NCBI GenBank assembly: GCA_001791745.1
Contig: MGFG01000032.1
Span: 3,775-67,774, forward strand
From: Candidatus Uhrbacteria bacterium RIFOXYC2_FULL_47_19
GTDB taxonomy: Bacteria > Patescibacteriota > Patescibacteriia > SG8-24
Direction of reading: 5' to 3'
Length of the DNA stretch: 64,000 nt
A model generated the notes under the pieces. It made no database searches. It had not been told where the DNA came from and saw only the letters and a list, made by a program, of their open reading frames with translations. A program made the translations under genes and the position numbers. Shown in pieces: positions 1-8,436 of the stretch (position 1 is its first letter; each line of letters starts with the position of its first letter).

Positions 1-586
1 TGGATCTACCGATGGGACAGAAGAAATACTTCGTCCTTTTTTGTCGAGGATTTCTTATGTCTGGCAGGAGAATCAAGGTGCGAATTCAGCCAGAAATCGC
101 GGTTACCGCGAAGCTCGTGGCAGGTTGGTTTTATTTTGTGATGCTGACATCGTTATGAAACCTAATTGCCTAAAGAAGATGGTTCAGATTCTTGAATCAC
201 AGCCTGATGCAGCTTATGTTTATTGTTCATTCATGTATGGCTGGAAGAAGTTTCGACTTTGGCCTTTCGATCCAGTTCGATTACGACGAATAAATTATAT
301 TCACACCACTTCATTGATTCGACGAGAGTACTTTCCTGGTTTCGATGAAGCTATCCATAAACTACAAGACTGGGATTTATGGCTAACCATGCTTGAGCGT
401 GGACAGTTTGGGGTTTGGATACCCGAGTATTTGTTCTTAGCCATACCACATCGAGGTGGTATTAGTACTTGGATACCAGGAATTTTTTATCGTATACCGT
501 GGATTAGACTAGGTCTTCGAATGCGAGCTGTAGAAAGGTTTCAAATAGCGGAACGTATCATTAAAAAGAAACATCATTTGAACTGA
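1..586 (+). CDS. Glycosyltransferase family 2 (5'-partial; frame open from the window edge)
   Basis: Frame 2 begins GSTDGT, then N-x-G-x-x-x-ARN-x-G, LFCDAD (DxD) and DWDLWL, typical of the GT-A/GT2 fold; stop at 586. Confidence 0.9.
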   Translation, partial: GSTDGTEEILRPFLSRISYVWQENQGANSARNRGYREARGRLVLFCDADIVMKPNCLKKMVQILESQPDAAYVYCSFMYGWKKFRLWPFDPVRLRRINYIHTTSLIRREYFPGFDEAIHKLQDWDLWLTMLERGQFGVWIPEYLFLAIPHRGGISTWIPGIFYRIPWIRLGLRMRAVERFQIAERIIKKKHHLN

Positions 587-590
587 GAAT

Positions 591-3053
591 ATGGATTTAA
601 GCGTTATTATTCTCAATTGGAAGGTTAGAGAGTTATTGCGTCGTTGCTTGGCTTCAATTTTTGAACAGACTGCTGGATTAAGCTTTGAGGTTATTGTCGT
701 AGACAACAACTCCGGCGACGGTAGTGCGGAAATGGTTCGACGGGAGTTTCCACAAGTGCGACTCATTGAGAATTCAAGCAATGTAGGATTTGCTGCTGGC
801 AACAATCCTGGCATCGCCGCAGCTAAAGGAGAATTTATATTATTGTTAAACCCAGATACTGAACTGCGAGGCAATGCTTTGTTTGGGATGGTTAGAGTCA
901 TGCGTGATCAACCGGATTTAGGGGTGCTAGGTCCTCGCTTATTAAATCCAGACGGGTCACTACAAGAGTCGGTTCGGGCTTTTCCTGGTTTAGTGGACCA
1001 AGCCATGATTATGTTAAAACTACATCGTCTTTTTCCAGACTGCGCTTCACTACGTCGTTATTTATGTGCCGATTTTGATTATTCAGTCACAGCGGATGTT
1101 GATCAGGTTATGGGTGCAGCTTTTTTAACCCGGCGGTCAGTGTTAGATCAGATCGGTTCGCTCGATGAAGATTATTTTATTTGGTTTGAGGAGGTTGATT
1201 TTTGTCGGCGTGTGCAGATGGCTGGATTGCGAGTTGGTTATACTCCCGAAGCCGAGGTGGTGCATCATGGTGGAGAGAGTTTTGCTCAGAAGATGGGTCC
1301 AATCAAACAACGTTTTTGGAATACCAGTCTACGGACTTACATGCGTAAACATGGAAACTTATTGTCGCGATTAGTAGTATCTTTATTGCATCCAGTATCT
1401 ATGCTACTTTCATGGGTTATATATTTAATTCCCAGCCTGTTTTGTAGAGGTGTTGACCCCAAGAGTCGGCAATTGTCTGGTTCGCACCTCTTTTTAATTT
1501 TATTAGCTGGCTACACTCTTTTAGAGCTCGTATCCTGGATTGGCTACAATTTTTCATGGTTGAATCAAGTAGCATTTTTTATTGTAGTTTTGGTTGTAGC
1601 TATACTAACTTGGTTTCGACCATGGTTGGGGGTTGTAGCAGTTTTGGGTGAGCTGTTTATTGGGTCGCAGGGCGGCTATCTATTGGCAGTTGGACCAGCT
1701 GATGTTGATGGTGCCATTCTGTCGTTACGAATGGGTTTATTTTTGACCGTGTTTGGAGTTTGGGCGGCTCGAAATATACTAATGTTGGTTACGGGACTTA
1801 GACATCGTTCTATTAAAGCACCAGCTTGGTATAAGGAGATGCAGTCGTCCGGTTTATTATGGCCGTATTTAATTTTTTTGGTCATGTTAGTTTTTAGTGG
1901 ACTGCGTGGGCTATTGGCTAGTAATGGTTTTAGTAATGTTTTCTTTGACGCCAATGGTTACGCTTTTTTTGTCTTATTTCCGGCTTTTATTGATGGTTGG
2001 CCAGGACTTAAAACTGGACGAGTGCTGTTTTATGTATTGGCTGCGGCCATGACAGTGTCGGTTGCAAAATCACTGGCTACACTTTATTTCTTTTCACACC
2101 ATCTTTTTTATGTTGCTGCCAATATGTATGTTTGGGTCCGCGACACCAGAGTAGGGGAGGTGACCATAATGACTGCGGATTTTCATCGGGTATTTTTTCA
2201 ATCACATCTCTTTGTACTGACTAGTATTTTTGTCGTGCTACTTTTAGCTGCGACTGCACCTCGCATATTTCGTCGGCGATCATTTTGGCTTCCGTTTGGA
2301 TTGTTAGCCTGGGGCTTAATTGGTTTGTTACTAGGGTTATCAAGAAGTTTTTGGTTTGGTGGGTTCATTGGGACCGGTGTGATGATTGGATTGCTACTCT
2401 GGACCGGTGGTGGGCGTGGTCTTTGGCATAGGATGATACTTATTGCTCCATTATCGTTGATTGCATCCACAGCGATCATTACTGCAGTCTATATTTTTCC
2501 GTTTCCCAATAAGACCGGAGACATGTCGTTAACCTCATTGTTGGGAGAAAGGGTCTTTTCTGTATCCGGTGAGGCAGCAGCTAATAGTCGTTGGGCATTA
2601 TTGCCGGAGTTATGGACTGCCGGTTGGCGACATCCAATATTTGGGTCAGGACTCGGTACCGAAGTTACTTATACCACTAGTGATCCTCGTCTACTCGTCG
2701 ATAATCCGACAGGACGTTACACTACCTTCGCCTTCGAGTGGGGCTATCATGATCTTTGGATAAAATTTGGATTATTAGGGCTTGTAATTTATGCTTGGTT
2801 AATCGCTGTTGTATTGAAACCCATCATGCTTTTCATTTGGGAAGGATCAATACGAAAGAGTGGGTCGGTCGATAAAGGTCGATTGGTTTCTCGTGAAGTA
2901 CTAGTTGCTATCGGTGTAGTGTCGGGTGTAGCAGCGTTACTTGGAACCCATATTTTTAGTCCATATTTGAATCATCCATTAGGTATTGGTTTACTAATGG
3001 CAGTTGCGGCTTGGGGTATTTCATTGAGAAAAGTTGGTGATTCTAAGATATAA
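591..3053 (+). CDS. GT2 glycosyltransferase fused to an O-antigen ligase/polymerase-like membrane domain
   Basis: N-terminal ~280 aa GT2 (VDNNSGDGS, LLNPD, FEEVDFC); C-terminal multi-TM region with SRSFW, SRW...W and HPIFGSGLG motifs typical of Wzy_C/WaaL-like proteins. Confidence 0.8.
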   Translation: MDLSVIILNWKVRELLRRCLASIFEQTAGLSFEVIVVDNNSGDGSAEMVRREFPQVRLIENSSNVGFAAGNNPGIAAAKGEFILLLNPDTELRGNALFGMVRVMRDQPDLGVLGPRLLNPDGSLQESVRAFPGLVDQAMIMLKLHRLFPDCASLRRYLCADFDYSVTADVDQVMGAAFLTRRSVLDQIGSLDEDYFIWFEEVDFCRRVQMAGLRVGYTPEAEVVHHGGESFAQKMGPIKQRFWNTSLRTYMRKHGNLLSRLVVSLLHPVSMLLSWVIYLIPSLFCRGVDPKSRQLSGSHLFLILLAGYTLLELVSWIGYNFSWLNQVAFFIVVLVVAILTWFRPWLGVVAVLGELFIGSQGGYLLAVGPADVDGAILSLRMGLFLTVFGVWAARNILMLVTGLRHRSIKAPAWYKEMQSSGLLWPYLIFLVMLVFSGLRGLLASNGFSNVFFDANGYAFFVLFPAFIDGWPGLKTGRVLFYVLAAAMTVSVAKSLATLYFFSHHLFYVAANMYVWVRDTRVGEVTIMTADFHRVFFQSHLFVLTSIFVVLLLAATAPRIFRRRSFWLPFGLLAWGLIGLLLGLSRSFWFGGFIGTGVMIGLLLWTGGGRGLWHRMILIAPLSLIASTAIITAVYIFPFPNKTGDMSLTSLLGERVFSVSGEAAANSRWALLPELWTAGWRHPIFGSGLGTEVTYTTSDPRLLVDNPTGRYTTFAFEWGYHDLWIKFGLLGLVIYAWLIAVVLKPIMLFIWEGSIRKSGSVDKGRLVSREVLVAIGVVSGVAALLGTHIFSPYLNHPLGIGLLMAVAAWGISLRKVGDSKI

Positions 3054-3082
3054 CATCTTCATCGGACTAAAAGCCATGAATC

Positions 3083-3114
3083 AAAATACCGCCCTTATTG
3101 GGCGGCTATTTTTT
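3083..3114. terminator. Bidirectional intrinsic terminator between convergent genes
   Basis: aaaata-CCGCCC-ttatt-GGGCGG-ctatttttt. Confidence 0.7.
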
Positions 3115-3117
3115 AAG

Positions 3118-4068
3118 TCAGATTAATTTTGGGGGTGGATAGCCATGTAAGAAGTCGGTGCCAGACATGGCTCTACGCCCCTCAGGTTGGACTGCTATTA
3201 GTTGTACTGCCTCATCGTTCATAACGACTACAGCAGGCAGGCCATCTTTGGTCTCGATAACTGTGCCAGGGGTTTGACCATTTGCATGAATAATTTCGGC
3301 ACGAAGTAGTGCAGTACGTACTTTTTTATTATTCCTGGTTATCCAATCGAAACGAACACCAGGCCATGGACGATAGGCTCTGATCTGACGTTCGATTCTC
3401 CAGGCATTAGCCGTAGTCCAGTTTATTAATGCATCCTCTTTTCGGATCATTTTAGTAAAGGTCGCCAACTCGTGATTTTGTTCTTGAGGAAGTAAGGTTC
3501 GATCAGCTAGCATGGGTAGACTTTCAACAAGTAGTCCGGCGGCAGCTTCGGACAAACGACCAGTCAGTGATAGATAGTCGTCATCTTCTTTAATGTTTTC
3601 AATTGTAGTGGCTAAAATTGGACCATGGTCCATTTTCTCGTCCATTAGAATTAGAGTAACCCCGGTTTCGGTCTCGCCTTCGAGAATGGCAGTTTGAATA
3701 GGGGAAGCACCTCGATATTTTGGTAGCAGTGAACCATGGAGATTTATTGAACCAAGCTTCGGCATTTCGATAACCTGGCGTGGTAATATTCGTCCGTAGG
3801 CAGCTACAATAAATAGGTCAGCTTGTAATTTGTGCAGGGTTTTCAAGAAGGATGAGTCAATATTCTCTGGTTGGAGCAAGAGTAGGTTTGATTGGCGGGC
3901 GACTATGCTCACTGGCGAAGATTGGTTTTCTTGATGTCGACCCACGAGTCGGTCCGGCTGTGAGACCACTGCTATAACATCGAAGACTTCTGGGTGAGTG
4001 AGTAGTGATTGGAGTGATGGTACAGCGAAGTCTGCTGTTCCAAAGTAAACGATATGAATTGGTTCCAT
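3118..4068 (-). CDS. fmt: Methionyl-tRNA formyltransferase
   Basis: FGTADFAVPSL, SQPDR, NLHGSLLPKYRGASPIQ, MDHGPI; next to def. Confidence 0.97.
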   Translation of the reverse strand: MEPIHIVYFGTADFAVPSLQSLLTHPEVFDVIAVVSQPDRLVGRHQENQSSPVSIVARQSNLLLLQPENIDSSFLKTLHKLQADLFIVAAYGRILPRQVIEMPKLGSINLHGSLLPKYRGASPIQTAILEGETETGVTLILMDEKMDHGPILATTIENIKEDDDYLSLTGRLSEAAAGLLVESLPMLADRTLLPQEQNHELATFTKMIRKEDALINWTTANAWRIERQIRAYRPWPGVRFDWITRNNKKVRTALLRAEIIHANGQTPGTVIETKDGLPAVVVMNDEAVQLIAVQPEGRRAMSGTDFLHGYPPPKLI

Positions 4069-4103
4069 GCGTTTGATTATAAAAAATCGTAACCGAAGTA
4101 CAA
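4069..4103 (-). promoter_or_regulatory. Sigma70-like promoter directly before the fmt ATG (possible leaderless mRNA)
   Basis: TTGTAC-16-TATAAT, then 7 nt to ATG. Confidence 0.55.
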
Positions 4104-4112
4104 GAAAAGACG

Positions 4113-4577
4113 TTAGGTCCGATTTTGTTCTTCAATGCGGTCGACGAATAATATGCCATCAAGGTGGTCCATTTCATGTTGCATGACTCGAGCAAAGAAT
4201 CCTTTGGCAGTGAAAGTTATCTTTTTGTCTTCGAGTGTCAAAGCCTCAATATCCACTTCTGTTGCTCGTCGAACTAAACCGTATTTTCCGGGAATAGATA
4301 GGCAACCTTCCTCATAGGGAGTAGTTTTTTTTGACATCTTGGTGAACTTGGGATTGATGAGGGCAATTGGTCCAGCTGAGGTTTCAGCCACAAAAACACG
4401 TTGGTTGATTCCTATTTGTGGGGCGGCCAGGCCAACTCCTTGGGCAGCGCGCATTGTTTCGATCATGTTTTCTACTAAACATCTAAAAACATCAGTCCGA
4501 ATTTCATCAAGATCGATTTCGTTGGCACGTTGGCGTAGTATTGACTCGCCGATGGTTACTATCTTTTTTATTGACAT
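4113..4577 (-). CDS. def: Peptide deformylase
   Basis: GVGLAAPQIG, EGCLS and QHEMDHLDG motifs. Confidence 0.98.
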   Translation of the reverse strand: MSIKKIVTIGESILRQRANEIDLDEIRTDVFRCLVENMIETMRAAQGVGLAAPQIGINQRVFVAETSAGPIALINPKFTKMSKKTTPYEEGCLSIPGKYGLVRRATEVDIEALTLEDKKITFTAKGFFARVMQHEMDHLDGILFVDRIEEQNRT

Positions 4578-4590
4578 ACAATTTTATTGC

Positions 4591-6471
4591 TCAGCCAATC
4601 ATTTCTGGATTACGGTCCACAATATAGCTTTCTGGTAAGTTGGTGAGTGCTTGTTGGATACTTGGTGGGATGTTTATTTCGGTTTTGACTACAACCACGC
4701 TTCTCCATAGTCCATCACGAAATGGACGGCGGTGGCGTAGCGGACCAGCAACGATTCCATGTTCCGAAGCTATCGTCTTTTTAAGTGTGGTGAGTAATTC
4801 TTTTGCTTGTCGTTCAGTTTCGTTCTGATCAGGATTTCTGACAGTAATTGTTAGAAGTGTACCAAATGGAGGATAGGCTGAATTTTGTCTAGCTTCTAGT
4901 TCTGCTGTTACAAAGTCATGTTCGTTCGAGTTGAGTAATTTGATTTTGGTGCCATCTGGATCAAGTGTCTGCATTAGGAGTGATGCATTAGATGAAGCAG
5001 CAATATCTTTAAGTGTTCGAATGGTTCGCCAGGCGTCTTCCATTACACGGAAGCCAGGAAATGTTAGTAGTCCATCTAGATCAGTTACAACTACACAACC
5101 CCAGTCGCTTCGTGAAGGTAGTTCAGCTAGGTCGTGCAGCATTAAACGGGTACCGATAAGTATATCGGATTCATCGATAGTTCTGTCATGCTTCTCATTC
5201 AAGAGATCTGAATCGTAGGCAGCTACTTTATTTTTTGGGAACTCTCTTTGTAGAGCCGTTTCAAGTGACTTAGTACCCAGGCCTATGTTGTGTAAATTAA
5301 CATCGCCACATTTGGGACAGACTATCGGCAGGGTTGAGATGGTAGCGCAGCGTGGGCAGCGTAGATTACCGTTACCAACACCCAGTGCAATGTCGCACCG
5401 CTCACAACGGAACACTAATCGACAACCATTGCAGATTAAGGCTCCAGCTGTGCCGAGGCGGTTATGGTAAACTAGCACCTTTTTCCCTTGATGTAAAGAC
5501 TCGACTGCTCGATCCATAACCACCGGTGATAGTGGATGATCATAACCTTTTGGATTGCCAGTGATATTGATCAACACTGTTTTTGGATCAGAGGTTGGTG
5601 TGGCTAGTCGAGACAATTGATTTTTAGCAGCCAGAGCATACTCTTCTAGACGTGGAGCATGTGATAGATAAGCCAGACTAGCCTTAGACTCGTCTGCTCG
5701 CCAGAGTGCGATTTCTCGGGAGTCGTAACGAGGATTTTGATCATATTGACGTAGATCAGGACTATCAGACTCAAGTACTAAAAACAGACCTGGATTGCGA
5801 ACTGGAGCAAGAGCAGCTAGTCGAGTTCCGATCACAATCGCGATTGGTTCAGCTAGAAGGCGTTTCCAATTAGTACGTAGCTGTGAGTTCGTTAATTTAC
5901 CATGGATTTCCACGACAGGCGGACCATCAGGAAAGGTCAGTGCTTTGTTTAGCCTAGTGATTTCAGTGCTGTGTGGTGTAATTATAATGACACCATGACC
6001 AGAATTAATAGTACTCTTTGTTAGACGTATTGTTTCGGCAATTTTTTCATCAGAATGTCGGTATCTGATCAGCGATCGTTCGGTAGAATTAATCTTCGTC
6101 CCAACGATTTGTTCTGATAATCCTTTAGGGTCGTCGGTTAGTAATTTGGTCTTAGGTGTTCTAGGTAGGAAAGATTTTAGGGCTGTGGCTGGCGAGACCA
6201 AATAATGGTCTGACATTTTTTGCGGCAAATTAAGTAAATCTTCTCCTAGAACATGATAGTCGCCGAATCCGAGTAATTCAACGATTTGTTTATTTTTGAA
6301 CGTTGTGGTTTCGGAAAGTTCAATTACCAATCCATCGACCGGTCGTCCTCGCCAGGGGACGACAACCCATGAGCCGCGCTGCACCAAACCGCGGTACCTT
6401 TCTGGTACCGCGTAATCATACGCTCCTAAGTTTTTTGGTAGGCGGACGGCTGGGATGATTTTAGCGAACAT
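4591..6471 (-). CDS. priA: Primosomal protein N' (PriA) with degenerate helicase motifs
   Basis: N-terminal YDY...VVPW 3'-DNA-binding domain, GTRLA, PRYDSR, four CxxC pairs, C-terminal YPPF and GP; Walker A and DExH not recognisable. Confidence 0.88.
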   Translation of the reverse strand: MFAKIIPAVRLPKNLGAYDYAVPERYRGLVQRGSWVVVPWRGRPVDGLVIELSETTTFKNKQIVELLGFGDYHVLGEDLLNLPQKMSDHYLVSPATALKSFLPRTPKTKLLTDDPKGLSEQIVGTKINSTERSLIRYRHSDEKIAETIRLTKSTINSGHGVIIITPHSTEITRLNKALTFPDGPPVVEIHGKLTNSQLRTNWKRLLAEPIAIVIGTRLAALAPVRNPGLFLVLESDSPDLRQYDQNPRYDSREIALWRADESKASLAYLSHAPRLEEYALAAKNQLSRLATPTSDPKTVLINITGNPKGYDHPLSPVVMDRAVESLHQGKKVLVYHNRLGTAGALICNGCRLVFRCERCDIALGVGNGNLRCPRCATISTLPIVCPKCGDVNLHNIGLGTKSLETALQREFPKNKVAAYDSDLLNEKHDRTIDESDILIGTRLMLHDLAELPSRSDWGCVVVTDLDGLLTFPGFRVMEDAWRTIRTLKDIAASSNASLLMQTLDPDGTKIKLLNSNEHDFVTAELEARQNSAYPPFGTLLTITVRNPDQNETERQAKELLTTLKKTIASEHGIVAGPLRHRRPFRDGLWRSVVVVKTEINIPPSIQQALTNLPESYIVDRNPEMIG

Positions 6472-6488
6472 GGCACATATCCGATTAA

Positions 6489-7289
6489 TCAGGAGGTTTT
6501 GATACTAGCGACTAGGTAGCCGACGCCCAATGGTTTTTCGTAGGAAAAAATTTGTGGTTCGACATTCATACCATCGAGTAATCCAAAGAGCAGGGCTAAT
6601 GGTGCTGCACCACAGGCCTGGGCCTCTTTAGCCCAATCATCATCGACATCTAAGATGCCTATTGGGTTTCGCTCCTTGAGTAGTTCAACGATCTTATCGT
6701 CAAAAGCCACTCCTTTCGGGGACAAGCCACTAGGAGAATCTTCACCTACACGATGGGATAGATCTGCAGAAGCAATAACAGCTATTCTAGAAGTGGAATC
6801 CATTATTTCTGACTTAAGTGCTGTACCGATTTCAAAATGGGCCTTTAGACCTAATTCTGACGATGGACGTAGAGGTACAATGCGTACCTCCTTAAGACTT
6901 TCAGTTAGATAGTGTAGAGGTACCGAGGAACCGTAATCTAGAAAATCCTCACTCGTTAGCGTTAGTGGTAAATGTAATCGTTTAAAATCCTCGCGCAGTC
7001 TGTCTATGAGCATGGTGGCTGGTCGCCATTCGTCCTTAGTTACCAGATCACCAAACTCATCAAAGCGGCTGACATATTTGGAGTTAAAATTGATGGTAAT
7101 AGCGTCGACTAGCATCTCACCGTGGGGTGAGATTATAACAATAATATCCGGTCGGGCTGCTAAGAGCTCTTGTTCTAGTTGTTTCATTGATTGACTAGTC
7201 TTTTCTATTATTTTGAGACCCTCAACCTTGCCAATCTTTGGCATTAGAATAGGGGTATGGGCGGCAATACCGCTGAAAATTAAAGTCAT
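6489..7289 (-). CDS. Memo/LigB-fold protein (AmmeMemoRadiSam protein B-like)
   Basis: HTP, ISPH, LDYG, ASADLSH, ACG and SYExPLGVGY motifs. Confidence 0.85.
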   Translation of the reverse strand: MTLIFSGIAAHTPILMPKIGKVEGLKIIEKTSQSMKQLEQELLAARPDIIVIISPHGEMLVDAITINFNSKYVSRFDEFGDLVTKDEWRPATMLIDRLREDFKRLHLPLTLTSEDFLDYGSSVPLHYLTESLKEVRIVPLRPSSELGLKAHFEIGTALKSEIMDSTSRIAVIASADLSHRVGEDSPSGLSPKGVAFDDKIVELLKERNPIGILDVDDDWAKEAQACGAAPLALLFGLLDGMNVEPQIFSYEKPLGVGYLVASIKTS

Positions 7290-7401
7290 ATGGATAATTT
7301 ATACCATTTTAAAAGTCAAAAGACGATTCCTGTCTAGCGATATTAGACTAGATATTATTGGGTGTATGTAACCAATTCCTTGGTTGTACACAGGGGAGTC
7401 T

Positions 7402-7430
7402 TTGACGTTCGGTTTTTGTTCGGGTATGAT
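7402..7430 (+). promoter_or_regulatory. lexA promoter with a putative LexA operator (direct repeat) in the spacer
   Basis: TTGACG-17-TATGAT; GTTCGG at 7407-7412 and 7418-7423 (GTTC-N7-GTTC). Confidence 0.75.
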
Positions 7431-7464
7431 TTAGTTAGGTCTGAAGAGGGTGTGGATAGATTTT

Positions 7465-8088
7465 ATGAACAGACAAGAAAAATTAACAAAAAAACAACAT
7501 CAGATTCTTGAGTATGTGACCGGATACATCCGGGGGAACGGCTACGCTCCATCCTATCGGGATATAGGTGAAGCGCTTGGCTTGTCCTCGACTGCTACGG
7601 TCCACGAGCATATCAAGAATTTGAAAGAGAAAGGGTGTTTGTCGAGCGGTAATGGTGAAGCACGAGCCTTGGAAGTAGATCCGGAGTTGTCTAGGATTGC
7701 GGTAGCTGTGACCTTACCACTCCTAGGTTTGATAACGGCTGGGGAGCCGATTGAGGCGGTAGAGGGTAAAGAGACCATGGATATTCCAGCAACACTAGTC
7801 AGAAAGCCGGATGATACTTTCGTCTTACGGGTAAGAGGGGAGTCAATGAAAGATGATGGTATTTTATCCGGCGATTTAGTGATCGTAGAGAAGAATCCTG
7901 CACCTCGTGATGGAGATACAGTAGTGGCTCTATTGGATAATGAGTATGCAACACTGAAGCGTTTCTATCGAGAGAAGGGAAGGGTGAGACTGCAGCCGGC
8001 GAATAGTTCTATGGAACCAATTTACGTAAAGGAATTGGCGGTTCAGGGTGTAGTTAGAGCGGTGATTAGAGATTTTCGGTCGGGTTAA
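7465..8088 (+). CDS. lexA: SOS repressor LexA (ATG at 7465 preferred to GTG at 7450)
   Basis: wHTH LTKKQ...GYAPSYRDI, AG cleavage site (TAGEP), GESM catalytic Ser, TLKR catalytic Lys. Confidence 0.97.
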   Translation: MNRQEKLTKKQHQILEYVTGYIRGNGYAPSYRDIGEALGLSSTATVHEHIKNLKEKGCLSSGNGEARALEVDPELSRIAVAVTLPLLGLITAGEPIEAVEGKETMDIPATLVRKPDDTFVLRVRGESMKDDGILSGDLVIVEKNPAPRDGDTVVALLDNEYATLKRFYREKGRVRLQPANSSMEPIYVKELAVQGVVRAVIRDFRSG

Positions 8089-8135
8089 ACTTCAGGCTAT
8101 CACCCTTGTTTCATTAAAGGTCGTTTTAATAAACA

Positions 8136-8420
8136 AAAACGTCACGCCCGTGGGAGAGTGGCGCGACGTTTTCCCGGGACGAGCCTTTTGGTTCGACCCG
8201 ATCCACGCACTGTGGCACCATTATTTTAGCATGGTGCCGTAACTTAGCCAAGTTATGGTTAGGAGGAAAGTTAGAGCGATGTGGCGTCAATATTTCGGCG
8301 CCGTCATCGATGTAATAATTGCTCGCTAGAATGCGAGTCGCGAGGTCGCCGCCGAATATTGAGCAGGCCTCAACAATGCGGCGAAAACCCCCGGTCTCCT
8401 TTCGGGGGTTTTGTTTTTTT
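8136..8420 (+). ncRNA. Candidate structured non-coding RNA, possibly raiA-motif-like
   Basis: Six stem-loops plus a possible pseudoknot (CGTGGG 8149-8154 with TCCACG 8202-8207), ending in a GC hairpin and T-tract; G-U wobbles mostly favour the + strand. Confidence 0.55.
8384..8420. terminator. Intrinsic terminator for the + strand RNA, probably also for clpB
   Basis: AAAACCCCCGG-tctcctt-TCGGGGGTTTT-gttttttt. Confidence 0.85.
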
Positions 8421-8436
8421 TAAATAAGATTAATGG

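Noticed and set aside
8263-8275. GAGGAAAG as the RNase P RNA signature
   Set aside because: It is followed by TTAGAGC rather than UCC(G)GG, and I found no complementary P4 strand or ACAnAAnnCGGCUUA-type 3' motif.
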